Shown one piece after another: positions 27,101-40,218 of a stretch of DNA of 64,000 bases. The position numbers and the translations under genes are program-made. The stretch is taken from contig OZ037767.1 of NCBI GenBank assembly GCA_964035545.1, forward strand, positions 27,234,628-27,298,627, in the 5' to 3' direction. The notes beneath the pieces were generated by a model. That model saw only the letters and a program-made list of their open reading frames with translations, ran no database searches and had not been told where the DNA came from. The DNA comes from Bugula neritina (Eukaryota; Animalia; Bryozoa). How positions within the stretch are numbered: the first letter of the stretch is position 1; every line of letters begins with the position of its first letter.

Positions 27101-30064
27101 TAAATATATTAGTACATAAACAATTTCTTTATAGAAAGCTGGTGGTAGAGGTAACATGCAGGCAACTCATAAGGGTTGAGTAGAAAGGAAAAACAATGCG
27201 CTCAGTGTAAGAAGGTTTAAAAAATACCTAAAGAGAGCTAATTTAAATAAATGTGTTGATTAAATCAGAAAAGTGAGTTGGCAACTATATTATTTACAAT
27301 ATAGCCAGAGGAAAGTAAATAAGAGGGGGGGGGAATAGCCCGACACTTTGAACATCGTTTGAATTCAAAGTGATGCCGTTCAACGCATTTTGACAACATT
27401 ACTCTGATGATAGAGCCAATGCTGGGTTCTAGAACTTGCTGTCTTCAGTCAAAATGCTTCTAAATAAACTATCAGTAGCCACTCTACACACTGGCTAGAA
27501 ACAACTTGGCGGATCAAACAGAGTACAGCAACACATTTCAATAACCTACATTTTCACTAAAAAAAACTCCAGCAAAAGCACACAATTTTTCACAAGAATT
27601 ATAATTCAGGCCCAATATTAAAGCTTGTGAGAAACAAGGCTAATGAAAGCTTGCCATTGCTGTAGCTAAACAACCAAGTGACATAGCAGTTAGTGGATAG
27701 TGAGGAGGTGCATGCAATGCCAACAACACACAAGAAATGATGAGAGAAAGGCAAGCATACTGTTCAGTGAACTAGGGAGATAAATGCTTACGTTGGCAAG
27801 GTCCAAGTCTGAGTCCATGTAAATCTATAGAAAACAGAGGTGTGAATTAAATCTAAGTATTGAAAATTGTTTAGTAGAGGTTGTGGATAATATAAAGTAA
27901 TAAAAGATGTACAACTATGTTACTTCCATTAACCATTACTATTATTATTAGCCCAGCTTTCTACTAGTTACCATTACTATTATCTATCATTAGGTTACTA
28001 GTTACTACCACTGCAACTAATTACTAATATCACTAGAGTTTACTGTTCATGGAGTAACTACAACTAACTACTCAAATTACTACTAGAATAATTTCACTAT
28101 AATATACTATTACCAATAACCCGTACTAAATACTGGTACTAGCTATTACTAACTAAGAGCTACTAATATTTGCACTAGGTCAATAGTTACATCAGTACTA
28201 CTTGTTGAACTTGCATCATGATAAAACTTGGTGGGTGTTGATAGAACAAGATAGAAATCTAATCTACCAGACAATAACAGCTCATTCAAGTGTCAACAGA
28301 CAAACAAAACAATAGTGCAATGAGAAAAGTTAACACTGAGATAAGTTAACACTGGGGTCACTGTAGATAAATCATTGCATGTCTAGTAATTTTAGTATAT
28401 TGGATAGTTGAAACACTCCTAGCAATGATAAGCAGCCAAAAGGCTGCCTCAAAACATTCATCCAGCACAATTGCATCATATGACTGTGTGTAGCTTATAT
28501 AAAAATGTCTGACATAATTTAACAAACAGCTGCGACCACCATGCTGCATCAGTTTATTAGTATGACCATTGAACTATAGTTTCAGTTCAGTGAGTATGAC
28601 ATACTAGCCAATCCCTTGCTCGGCATTTTAACAAATTACCATATCGGCGTGAAAAGCAATGGTATTATTGTTACAAAACCAAACTATTCTCTCTGAACGT
28701 GTAAACTAGTTTGGGTTGAAAAAAAACAGTATTAATAATAACATTAACAGAGTGCTTAAAGGTAAGACTATAACTTGTGTATATGAGAAAGAACAGTCCT
28801 AGTGACCAAGAATCCCAAACAAGGTACAGTAACATTGCCTTGAATCTAAACTCCATTCTCATTGGTTAGGAGATTAGATTCTCTCCAACTGCAGCTAGCA
28901 TAACTATGGGTTTGACCAATTGAACAGATGCAGAAGGGATATGAAAACTCAATGAACCAACTGCCAAACAGCAACAATGAAAGTGTACTTGTAGCTGCAG
29001 TGTGAATGAGGTATATACTTCTGTACATAGCAACAACTTACAGTACTTACAGTAACATTGTCCTCTGTGTCAGATATGAGAGCTTGTCTATCATCTGACA
29101 CATCTGAGTTGAAGAACTCATTGGTCTTAGATCTTGATCTGTTGAGCTTACCATTTGGTTGTACAGGCTGCGAATTCGGCCAGTGAAAATATGGGCCTTC
29201 TCTGCAACAACACAAACAGTCTTGATATTGATGCGTGAATTTCTTACCAATATATATTATCATTATATATAGTCACGGCATAAATATATAGGATACACAC
29301 AGTACCCAAATGAAGTAAAAGTAAAATGTAGTTATAAAGAGTTGAAAACCAATAGTAAAGAATTGTTATAAACTTACAGTTCAGAATCAACCTGCTGTTT
29401 AATGACCCAGACTACAAAGTTTTGGTGGTATTTGTCCTATAAAAGAAAGTAGAAAGCTTAGAAACAGTTTTATTTTCTACATTGATATGTGTACCAGTGT
29501 TTACACATACAACAGCTAAAAAGACTCAACCTTAAACATTACTACACAAAAAGCAGTTAAGAAAAATGAGTGACCAAAATATATTTTATATGTTTCAAAC
29601 TTTCATAACTTATTCTCACAGTATAAAATTATAACTATTGTATATCAACACCAAGATGATACGCTGTCATATTAAACAACATATAGAATCTAAAATAAAT
29701 TTAATAAGTTTGTACCTCAAGAATAAACAGATCCGCATCTTGTACAGAACACTTGCTATAGAACAGTCTAACTTTCCAGTTAGGTTTCCAATAGAACACT
29801 AGTATACTAAGAGCAGCAGTAACAATAGCCAACACATAGCTCATTATTGTACCAACAGATGACAGCCGGTACCCAGTTCCCACCTGAAATTATCCAAGTC
29901 AGCGACTTGATTTATTAGTAAGAATACATCTAAGAGTACAGGATGCCGGAGTGAAATAACATAATTATGCAAATAGTTATGTTACTTGACCCTCAGAGAA
30001 TATGGAAGGTACACACCAACTGATCGTCAGTCCCAAAGTTGAGCAGGAGCTTCTTGTGTGGCAT
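15189..30064 (-). CDS. ATP13A3: P5B-type (polyamine-transporting) P-type ATPase of the ATP13A2/3 family, ~26 exons
   Basis: Starts [16 protein letters not shown] (30064-30017). Spliced exons give [36 protein letters not shown] (P5B M4 motif), DK|TGTLT (phosphorylation site split by the intron between ~23053 and ~22842), [38 protein letters not shown] and [11 protein letters not shown]. Last exon is 15371-15189. The symbol marks the closest family; invertebrates are probably co-orthologous to ATP13A2-5. Confidence 0.93.
15661..15699. repeat. Perfect 16-bp inverted repeat (hairpin) in the last ATP13A3 intron
   Basis: ACATTTGTTAACTCAG-ttcacag-CTGAGTTAACAAATGT. Confidence 0.85.
16994..17093 (-). 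repeat. 23-bp tandem repeat (4 copies) duplicating an exon/intron donor boundary
   Basis: GTGAGT at 17082, 17059 and 17013, and ATGAGT at 17036 (minus strand), spaced 23 bp apart. Confidence 0.85.
19203..19469. repeat. 20-bp minisatellite (GGGACTTAGCTATAGCATGT, ~12 copies) bracketed by short inverted repeats
   Basis: Array spans 19212-19455; flanks are AATATTTCAGG and CCTGAAAATATT. Confidence 0.9.
21057..21119. repeat. ~31-bp exact tandem duplication
   Basis: ATGCTTATTAAAACAGCATAGCTCATGAGGC occurs twice in tandem. Confidence 0.85.
21268..21410. repeat. Degenerate (ATATA/TACAA) AT-rich microsatellite; similar tracts at ~23375-23500, ~25640-25715 and ~26145-26225
   Basis: Repeated TATATAATACACAA-like units next to splice acceptors. 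Confidence 0.75.
21970..22321 (-). mobile_element. Solo LTR of family X, intronless copy, 352 bp
   Basis: TGTATCGGT...ACCAATACA termini (TG..CA with short IR) and 5-bp TSD CTTAC (21965-21969 / 22322-22326). It is an inverted homolog of 24932-25433. Confidence 0.88.
24932..25433 (+). mobile_element. Solo LTR of family X, intron-containing copy, 502 bp
   Basis: TGTATTGGT...ACCGATACA termini, 5-bp TSD ATAGC (24927-24931 / 25434-25438), AATAAA at ~25353, and an internal 132-nt GTAAGT...TTTTTCTAG segment at 25204-25335. Confidence 0.88.
27792..27824 (-). CDS. Candidate 33-nt in-frame microexon of ATP13A3 ([11 protein letters not shown])
   Basis: ctgttttctatag|ATTTAC...GCCAAC|gtaagc; phase 0-0 matches the flanking exons and there is no stop codon. 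Confidence 0.65.
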
Positions 30065-30719
30065 ATTTATGTATTTATTGACTGGTGTTAAAGTTTATTG
30101 CACTAAGGTGGATACAACTCCAAATAGAGTAGTTGTCAGCTAATCTTGTCAAACCACATTTTCTACAGCATCTAACAAAAAATAACGTTTTAGAAACTAA
30201 TACAATATTAAAAACAATATGTATTACAATTATCTATATAGCATGTTTTTCATAAAATATCACAGAATAAGTGGTGAAATCCAATGTTGATAACAACACA
30301 AAGATGGCATAGTTAATGGTATATCATTATTAATGTACAAAACTTATACTTGTGACAGAATAATCTTTTTGCAATCAAAAATGGAAACACCAAAATGAGA
30401 AATAGCAAAAATAGATCTAAAAACGTATGAATTTACAACAAAAACAAGATTAAACAATAATGAGAATAATATAAATATTATACTGAAAATTATTAATTGG
30501 AGCTAAAGTTAATATCATAATTTTTTTTACTAGTGGACTATCTCCATTACATTGTAATTATTATTATACAACTTACTATTGATATAAAATAACAAAAATC
30601 ATAATAGCTATATGGCAGAAATTTAACACTAATGCTAATACTAATAGGAGTGTTGCAAACGTACAGTTATTGTGAAATGTTTTTACTTTTAGTTTTTAAA
30701 TTCATTCAATTTTATACAA

Positions 30720-31570
30720 TCACAATGATACTGATAGTAATGATAGTCCTACCTATAGAAAATAAGAATATAGTGATATTCATAGGATGACTCTACTCAC
30801 ACTCATAGTCAACACCATAGTCATACTCAAAGCGATACTGACAGTGAACGGGATAGTCATACTCGTAATGACACCCATTGACATTTACTTTTAGTGATTT
30901 ATTCATCGTGGTCATCGTCATGGTACTCGCACTGTTACTAACGAAAGTAAGTAATAGTAATACTAATAACAATACTAATTGTAATGGTCATACTTGATAC
31001 TGATACTCATAGTGATAGACTGATAGACGATAGTGATAATCGTCATAATAATTATTAGTATTACAGTATTACAGTAATACAGTAATACTATTAGTATTAG
31101 TATTACTATTAGCAGTATTACTATAAGTATAAGTATAACTATAAGTATAAGCATAACATTAACTATTAGTATTAGTTTTACATAGTGAGACTAATAGTAA
31201 TACTAATACTAATAGTAATAGTAATACTAGTACCAGTAGTACTAGTAGTAGTACTCTACTAGTTTAAGTTTAGTAACAAATTTAATGTTTAAAGTTAAAG
31301 TTAATAAATATAATAATTCATATTAAATTTAATTATATTAATAATAATTAATATAATTATTAATTAAATTTAATATGAATTATTATTATTATATTATTAA
31401 TATTTAATATTTACATTTATTCTTATTGATATTCCTAGTCATAGCCATAGACTATAACTATAAGTATAGTAAAAGTATAACTATTATTTCAACTATAACT
31501 CAAACTGTGGTCTGTAACTCACTAACCGTTACTGTAAGCATAACTATAAGTAATAGTTATAGTATTACTA
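30720..31570. repeat. Degenerate hexamer-periodic tract in the ATP13A3 5' intron, including a perfect 26-bp AT-rich inverted repeat (31310-31335 / 31361-31386)
   Basis: CATAGT, AGTAAT, AGTATT and AGTATA words; ATAATAATTCATATTAAATTTAATTA and its reverse complement. Confidence 0.65.
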
Positions 31571-32485
31571 AGTAATGCAGAGTCTATCAACACCATAAAT
31601 GATTATTTTTCCAACTAATGATGACCAAGTGTAATAGTTGTAGTGTCTAAAACAATATTGTTTACTTAACGGGCTACTATAGCTGGAAAAGCTAGAGCGA
31701 TGTAATACATTATTTTCATAAATTAGCGTACAGCACCGATTCAACTTTGCGCTTTTTTGTCCGAGGGACAATAACTCTCTACAAGTTTGTATAAAAGAAT
31801 TTATTCTATTCGTATGTCATTAAGATTATATGACCACACCGTGCGCGTTACAAAGAACCAACAATATAATTGAGGCGTTTATAAGCACTATATAATAGTA
31901 TCATATAACAATTTGTTTATTTATATTCAACGTCTCACCCATTTAGTACGCCAACAAACTAAAAACTAAAAAGATTATTCTTGCTAAGTATAATTCTTTA
32001 TTTCATATAATTACACAAATTTTATATAAGAGTATAGTGAAAAAAATATAACTTCTATATACAAAATATTCTTTCAACTTTATCAGGACAAAACTTAATA
32101 TCAATGCTAAGTCAAATATCAGCACCATTGCATGAGCAATCAAGTATATTGCTGTACTACTAGTGTTAGTAAATATAGGCCTAGAGGTAATTAATGCCAA
32201 TCTATGGCAACAGCGCAAACATAATTCCTTCATATCATTGGCTAGTAAAGTAGACTAGACACTGGAATGTACAAAATGAATCAAAAAATATCAAAAGCTT
32301 ATGCTAACTACATAAATTGATAAAATAGTAGCTCAGTGTGGTTGTAATCATTGTAATAAAAGTAGTTTAAAATAACAACACTAAATACTGTGTTGGTGGT
32401 CGGCCACCAAGCAAGCATCGCTCACTTAGATCCTGTTTTAAAAATTTATAAATACCAAAGTAACTTTCATTAGAACTTGATTTGT

Positions 32486-35400
32486 TTAATACATGGAGCT
32501 TTGACGACGATGTTTTTCACTTTTAACTGAGAGGAATTGTCCACCCCTGTCAATGATTTTATTGATGGCTGCAACAACTTCTCTAGCTCGTGACTCTGTC
32601 GTCTCAAATGTATGTTGCCGAACACTGGTCGAACTGCTGTCTGACCCAGTGTAGTGAACTCCAAAGGTGGTCTTTCCTGGCAATATTCCAAACAAATACT
32701 ATCATTATGTTGCACTGCAAAAAGTAATCCTTTACCAACATGAGATTTTGCATCAGTTAAAGATTAACAGCAGATTGGCCAAATATTACAGTAGCTGGTA
32801 TAGCACTTTTTAGCACTAAGGTAAAACAAAGTTTTGATCCTATTTAGTTCACCATAAAAATTAATACAGTTGAAGGTTTTCTGCAATCTAGTGCCTTTTT
32901 CATCCATCAAAAGTGTGAGATGTACTGAATTTACTTTGAATAAAATATAAATAATCGATTTTAGAGGGGAAAGTGTCATTTGAAAGCATTATGTAATGGC
33001 AACTAATACCGATGATATCATTTTTGGACATGTTAGTCAGCCTATATTATAGAATAAAACACACACTAGCTATATTCAGAAAATATCATACTTTTTAATG
33101 ATAGAAAGTAGTGTCAGGCAGCATAAAACATCTTAAAATATATCTGATCCATAGACTGAATCATAAAAGAGAGGAATTTCATAAATACAGGAATACATTA
33201 CCACTTGTCCTGGTCTTGATAATATTGCAGGCTAGTATAGAACTTGTATCTATTTCAAATGCTTTATTTAGCAACATTTTGCTTAAACCATTCTTGGTGT
33301 TTATAGGGCTTATTTCAATGCCGCCAGCATTAATAGCTAAAACATAAAAAATCAGGCCAATATTTTCAAGAAGATACTTATGTGAAATGCTATAACTAAC
33401 AACAAAAGCATAAAAAGGTTTGCTAAATATAGCACAATACAAAAATTTTTTCGAAAATTAAAGAAAAATTCAGTGAAATATGTGCATGAATTAGATGTTT
33501 TTATAGTCGGTGGAAAACATTGAAGTTGAAACAAGGAAAATAGATTACAAAAATTATTCTTAAGAGTCATGATAAGTTAGTACACACAAGAACTTACTTA
33601 AGTCGACTGGAATACTTGAGAAAAGTCGAGCCATCATGTTGACTTGATAAGAATTAGCAGACGAAGAAGAGAAAGAACTGGAATCACTGACTAGCAGACT
33701 AGTATCTGTGTCGTCCTCAGTACTAACTGACTCTATGTCTGGGAACATGGTGTCTGCAGCCGTTGAATGGTCAATCATTGATGAGGGAGTTGTCCCTGCA
33801 GCAACACACTAGCATATAAACTATCACGGGCATGTAGAATAGCTAGTTTATATTATACTTTCCTGATATCATCTTACATTTAGTGTACAGTGACAACATT
33901 CATTCAGCTGAAATATGATACAAGATGTACATTGAAATTTTAAAAGCAAAACATTAGCACATAAAGTCACCATAAGTATAATTTCTTAAAAAAATATTTT
34001 GCACAATATTACAATGTAGGGACAATATTTTGCCTCCCACAGGCGAGTTACAAAGAGAAAGAGTATTAATTCAAACTATAGCCGGTTGACCCAGATATAC
34101 AGCAAGCAACATTCACTCTCTTGGAGAACTCACCCACAACTGTGCGAGAGCAAGTCATATAGAATTCTCTAGATAAAGTGTCATCTATTAACATATCTTC
34201 ATCCAATTTTTGATTAAACTCATTTCCGAGTTGAAATTTCTCATTGGCCACAGAAAATAACTGTAATGTACAAAATAACTATATTATAGGTCTTGAATGT
34301 TATGCATTAGAATACACAGTTATATATGGCGAAGTGCTATGCTATATTATAAACAGGGGCAAACTAACAGAAATATCAAGCCCTTGTTGTAAATCATATA
34401 TTGTTACTAAACATGCACTGAATTGCTAACATAAACATAAACTTGGTATATTTACAGAATATATACCCATCGCAGAAATGCTGTTCAAATAACTCAGACA
34501 AAAGCATATTCAGCATGCTAAAACCCAGGCAATAGCTTGAGAATTCTGAGATTAGAAAAGGAGATGAGTATATCACACTGGTTTCCAAGCCGTCATCATT
34601 TTTATTTTCATAGAGGAATTGTGCTCTTTCTACACTCAAGATGTGCACAAATGATTTAGACAGTAAAAAGCTAGTGAAAGCTTAAACCATCATCTTTAAT
34701 CATTTTGTAACACAAGATATTGTTAGTAAAATACTATCATTACGTACTAGATATAGTTATGCTATGTAAAAGCTTCAACACAGTCTTCCAGTCATAATGT
34801 TGTAAGTCAACACATATTATTAATTTACTACGTATAGCTGCTAGCCATTTCTGCTTTTTATTATAATAACATTATAATGTTACTATTTTTGGTATTTAAA
34901 TCTTTTAAAACATAGAAATGTGTTGCCAGCTCAAAAATTGTTCGTTATAAATTAGCAGAATTTTCCTAACAATTCACGTAATGCTTACATTTCGTCTCTC
35001 TTGAACCATCTGTAACAGCTGGCCAACTGTAATAGCACCAACATCCACCAGTAGCTTCGTAGATCCATGATCAGGAATGTTTCTGACAGAAACGAAAGCA
35101 AATTAAATAACAACTTTTTGATAAAATATATAAATTTCGGTACCCTGTCATTTTAACAGAGCACAAATGTATCACAGCAACCCATTTATTAAAATTAATT
35201 TTAAAAAATCTTGGACTAAATTTTTAAAAACCGACCCACCAAGTGTGAAACTAAATAAAATTATGGCAGCTTGAGAAAATGCCCTGTACCAAATCAAGAG
35301 AGGCCTTTAATATCAAAAAAATGTACTCAATAAACTGTTAAAGTAGAATACAATAGTGGATATCAAGAAACAAACCTTTTAAAAAGTCTCCACCTACTAA

Positions 35401-38400
35401 GTCAACACACAACCACAAAGCAACACATTTCATACTATTTGGCAAGTTATAAAAAATAAAACCTATCAAAATTTTAATGTAAAATACAATCACTTGCTGA
35501 TTTAGTTTACATTGAAATAAGGGCGACATGAAGTTTGTATTTAATTACCAGTCTTTAATAGTAACTCAATACTATCCTTAAAAATTCAAAACTTATGTAT
35601 TGTTTAAAAGTAAGAACAAAAACATATCAGCAAAAGTTACAAGACAAGCAAGGCAAGAATATTTGCAAGCCTACAGGCTTGCATCTTTAAAATTGCATTT
35701 AAGCTTGTTCACTAAATATAAAATTTCTATGAATATATCTACTTTCATTTGAAGGTCCTAATTTTTGGTAACTTATAACTTTTTCATTGTTTGATTATCA
35801 GTCAATATTAAGCCATCTTGACAAAAACTCAGATTACATTTATACAACCTCTTTTATTATTATATACTCGTTTTACGATGATTCATTTTTAAAGCAATTA
35901 TATACATGTCTTGCTAGACTATCTCTAAAAATGAAATAAATTCTTCTTCTTGTTCGTAATTGATGTGGTTAAGTTTTAAATCATACAAATGTAAATTTTA
36001 TAAACGGCTCTTTAAAAAAAACAACTTTTCAAACCACTACAGTGATTAAAATACTGAGTAAAATATAAATAGAATAGAACAAGCATGACATGCAAATTTT
36101 ATACTGTATCTGCAAGTAACATTATAATAAAGAGTTGTGTGAATAATTTAAAATGTATGCAATGATTTCAAATAGTGCTAAAACTTGTGTAGTACAGTTT
36201 GTGCAGGAGAAGCATTGACCCACTAATCACAGTGCCAACTGCTAATACAACACAATCTAAAATTTATAATTAGAATCCATAGTTACTAAGTCGAGTCTTT
36301 CAACTGCACTCTACAAATAATGGAGCACCACATGCTTTGCAAATATATCGACAGAAATGCATTAAACTAATCCAAGTAAAATGCAATATTGCTAACAGCA
36401 ATGTCTAACTATAATAAAAATGCCGCACTGCTACTGACCGTGACTCTGTAATAAAAACTTCCATCATGACATAGGCAATACAATTATAAGTAGTAGCAAT
36501 AATGAGAGTACTTTACTTGGTAAATATTAATAGAAACATTTAATGTGTATAGCAAAAAGTTGAGATAACTTCATGAAAAATTGCCAGTAGTACCACAAAG
36601 GAAAGGAAAGTATAAAATAAGGTAAATAGCAGAGCAAACCCAGGTGATATTCTGACTAACCTAAGAGCCCATAGAGCTTGCAGATAAATACTTGCATTAA
36701 TGACAAGTGAATACAAATCTGATACAGCCCAATTCCTAGCCATACTTACATAGTGACCAATTGTGTGTTTCTATCCAGCGCAGAGGCAGCTGCCCGACGC
36801 TGCCTCATCAATACATTTGGATCAACAGATCTGGTTGGACGCAACTGAGGTTTAGCCGGTGTGTTTGTAGGAGGGGGTGTCTGCATTACTAGCGCCAACC
36901 TCACAAACCCAAACTTTGAAATTGGCTCCTAAGAGAAATAACAAAAAAGCATATTAAGAGAAACCAGTTAAGTGATATGAAACAATTACACCAACTGTTT
37001 ATAGGTGGAGCCATTTTCTTGTAATCAACACCAATAAATATATTATTATATATTATAATATTTTCTTGTAACTAACACAACTCTATATAATATAATATAT
37101 TAGTGAACTGCATAGCCTAACTACCTTATGTGCGAGAGCAGGGAAATCTTGGTCCACTTCTCCATCATCCTCTGTCATATGGAGAGAGTAAAGCTTGAGA
37201 TCTTTGCTAATCATATCAATAAATTGCAACATTACCTCATAATATGAACTCAGTAAACGGTTTTAAACATACAAAAACACTCAAACTTTAGAAGAAACAA
37301 AACATCAAGTTTAGCTTTGAAATTTGAAACTTATGAGTTGTAGACATAAAAGTATAGATTTGGTATTCAAACTTACTTGAGTGGTGGTTTTCTATCTTCA
37401 CGAGTATATTTCCAGCAAATTAAACCAATAGTTTGCTCCACGGAAGCTGTAGTTACCACTGCTATCGGTAAGACACCTTTAGAAGTAGTTTTATCTTCCA
37501 TAGTCATGTAAATGTCAATATGCTTCTTATTCACATGATTCTAGAAAGCCAAGTTGTTTACAATACTGTACATGAGGAAAACAATTTTGACATCTTTGAA
37601 AGAAGAAGAGACTTAATAATAATTAATATGATTTTTAAAGACTTGTTTCATATGTTAGTGAGTTGATACCATCACAAAGGAGAAAACTACATGTATAAAT
37701 TTTACCTCTCCATTAAATTTTATATATTCTTCAAAGGGATTGGCAGTCTTTGGGTCCATTGACTGACTGATTTTCAGCAGAGTAGTGAGTGCAGACGGTC
37801 CTGCCTTCTTTGGTTTGATTTCTCTTCGACCAAACATTTCTTCTAAGGTATTTTCATCTGACATTGAAATTGGAAAACCACAGTATTATATTCCATTCCA
37901 AAAAAATCGAAGACAAATAGTTTCATCAAAACGCTAATAAAATCACCCTAGTAAACAAATAAGATTTTTGGATTTTATCTATATGATGAGTGAGGAATAT
38001 TAAATATTATGAGTTATATACCTATTTGAATGTTTGAATCATTTTGCTTCCATTTAATGGACTTTACTTTTGATCTTTGCATCTTTTCTTGTTTCAATTT
38101 ATCAATTCTCATTGCTGTATTGGATCGAATTCTACCACTGCCTGCAAATTTGCTTATAAGACTGAAACTTCACAAATATGCATTCCAGTCAATATATAAT
38201 CATGCCTGTTATATGCATATGTGTGTTGTACCAGAAAAATTATTAATATATAGTAAGTAATTACCATGCTCCATTTCAGGTTGTATATCTGGAGATACGC
38301 CCAAGTCTGGTTCACTACCAGAGTGAGAATTGCTAAAAAAATAGTTCATAAAATAACAAAAACAATGTATATTTTTGTAAATAAAACAGCTTTATTAACC

Positions 38401-38730
38401 TTCAATATCGTAGAAGTCAACAAATATGACTTTGAAAAACCAGCAATAGATAAAGAATGTATAAGTTTGTAGGCATACATTTAAACATGTTTCATGTCGA
38501 CAAGAATTATTTTTTGTAATTACACAGTAAACTGCAATTAGGAAGAAACTAGCACGCCAGTGGCAAAAAATATTGAAATACCTGCTCAAACGCGAATTGG
38601 ATCGTTTTCGCTGATCATCACGAATTAGATCTGGTTCAACTAACTGCTCACATAGCCCAGAGTCATCACTTGTTATAAAACAGGTTCTTAAATGACGCAA
38701 TAAAAACTGAGGGTCATCTACAGTGCTCAT
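32486..38730 (-). CDS. MAPKAP1: TORC2 subunit SIN1 (N-terminal, CRIM, RBD and PH domains), ~12 coding exons
   Basis: MSTVDDPQFLLRHLRTCFITSDDSGLCE N-terminus; RIRSNT (T86-like AKT-site motif); NPFEEYIKFNGE; VEQTIGLICWKY, MTEDDGEVDQDFPAL and EPISKFGF (CRIM). Later exons at ~35082-34989, 34260-34133, 33795-33598, 33337-33202 and 32676-32486 (HTFETTESRAREVVAAINKII, PH-domain end). Confidence 0.92.
34487..34607 (-). ncRNA. Weak candidate intronic box C/D snoRNA
   Basis: Sense to the host gene: box C ATGATGA (34599-34593), box D CTGA (34497-34494), terminal stem AAATAA/TTATTT. No convincing target identified. Confidence 0.25.
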
Positions 38731-39129
38731 GATGACAATCTAGATCATCTTAATCTGAAAAAAATACATTACTATCTGCTAGTACAGACCAGGTACTAAT
38801 CCAGCGACTCATGAAACTGTAAGAGTCAAGAGTGAGTGTGATTATCTCTAAAATCAAATCTGAAATTATTACAAAACACCAAAACTACTTTTATAAAAAA
38901 TTTTACGTCTAGACTCTTAATCGTTATCATTATGATTACAAAAAGGCTCAACATAATAATTATTATATGTATACTGTTAAAGTGAGTAAAATAATAATGA
39001 TTTAACTACTTAGAGTTACTGTTGGTCTTAACTTATTTTTAAGCCTTTAATTATCATTACGTTGTAGCCAAGATACTGATGGGAATCATTGTAAAACTGA
39101 ATATAGTACTTTAACTTATAAACAATATT

Positions 39130-39730
39130 ATTGTCATACTCATAATGATGCAGTGATACTGATTATTATGTTCATTGTAAAAGTGTTACTAATACCAAGT
39201 CTAATAGTTATAATAACATCTGTACACTTACAAGTTACAGCGTACTGAATCTCAATAATAATTATTAGTATAATATCATAATCATAATGATTATAATAGA
39301 CGGTAGACTGCTACTGATAGTCATGCTGATACTTGTAGTGATAGTAAAAGTAATACTTTCAGTATCACGAACAATAATACTAATAGCAATAGCTACAGTG
39401 ATGTTCATGCAGGCAATACACTGACTCTAAGTCACTGGTCAGGCTGAATCTGATTATCAAAATCATGATGATAGACGCCGACGGTAGACTGGTGGTCATA
39501 CAGATACTCATAGTCATACTCATAGTGATAGTGATACAGATAGTCACACTGATACTTATAGAGATAATCCATCATTCACTTCAAATCCAACTCTAAGGTC
39601 ACATGAATGTCAATTACCGAACCAGTCAAAGCCAAAATCAAACTCAAACTGAGTTACACTAAAGTTACAGCTACTGTTAGTTTTATTCTCATTCTGATTT
39701 AGTCATTTAGTTTTACAATTACTATTAGAA
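39130..39730. repeat. Degenerate hexamer-periodic tract in the MAPKAP1 5' intron
   Basis: GATAGT, CATAGT, CATACT and GATACT words with 6-bp phasing. Confidence 0.6.
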
Positions 39731-40087
39731 TTACTCCATCTATTTATATTTAATAATATATGGTCATGCACTCATGAAATGTGAAAATATTTATCCGAAT
39801 AAATGTAGATGTTTAACTATTAAATGCTTAACTATTTGGGTATTATATGTACATCCAATGATAATTATTATTATTCATATTGACTACTGAGATTGGTATA
39901 GCAAACCGTAGCAGGACGTGTTGCGAAATGATTGAGCGGAAACGATTTAAATTTTAAACCGTTTAAAGTGGAATTCTCTTTTAGACTCAGTTCTAATCTT
40001 TACTCAGAAGTTCGCGCTGAAGCTCTCAAACTAAATGTCACTTGCATAATTGGTTCGCCGCAAATGCAACCAACACAAATTCAAATT

Positions 40088-40218
40088 GTTTTATAAGCAG
40101 CTCCGAGTTGAGGGTGACGGAAGGCAGCAGTTTGCGGTTTGAATAAACCCCATCTCCAAACTCGAGAACCGCAAACTACTGCACTCAGTCACTCAAAACT
40201 TGGAGCTGCTTATAAAAC
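40088..40218. repeat. Long imperfect inverted repeat (~52-bp arms); MITE-like or hairpin RNA
   Basis: GTTTTATAAGCAGCTCC..AGTTTGCGGTT pairs with AACCGCAAACT..GGAGCTGCTTATAAAAC. Confidence 0.8.

Noticed and set aside
38400-38429. 30-nt AG..GT segment in MAPKAP1 intron 1
   Set aside because: It gives an in-frame TGA in the required phase and has weak sites; the flanking exons join correctly without it.
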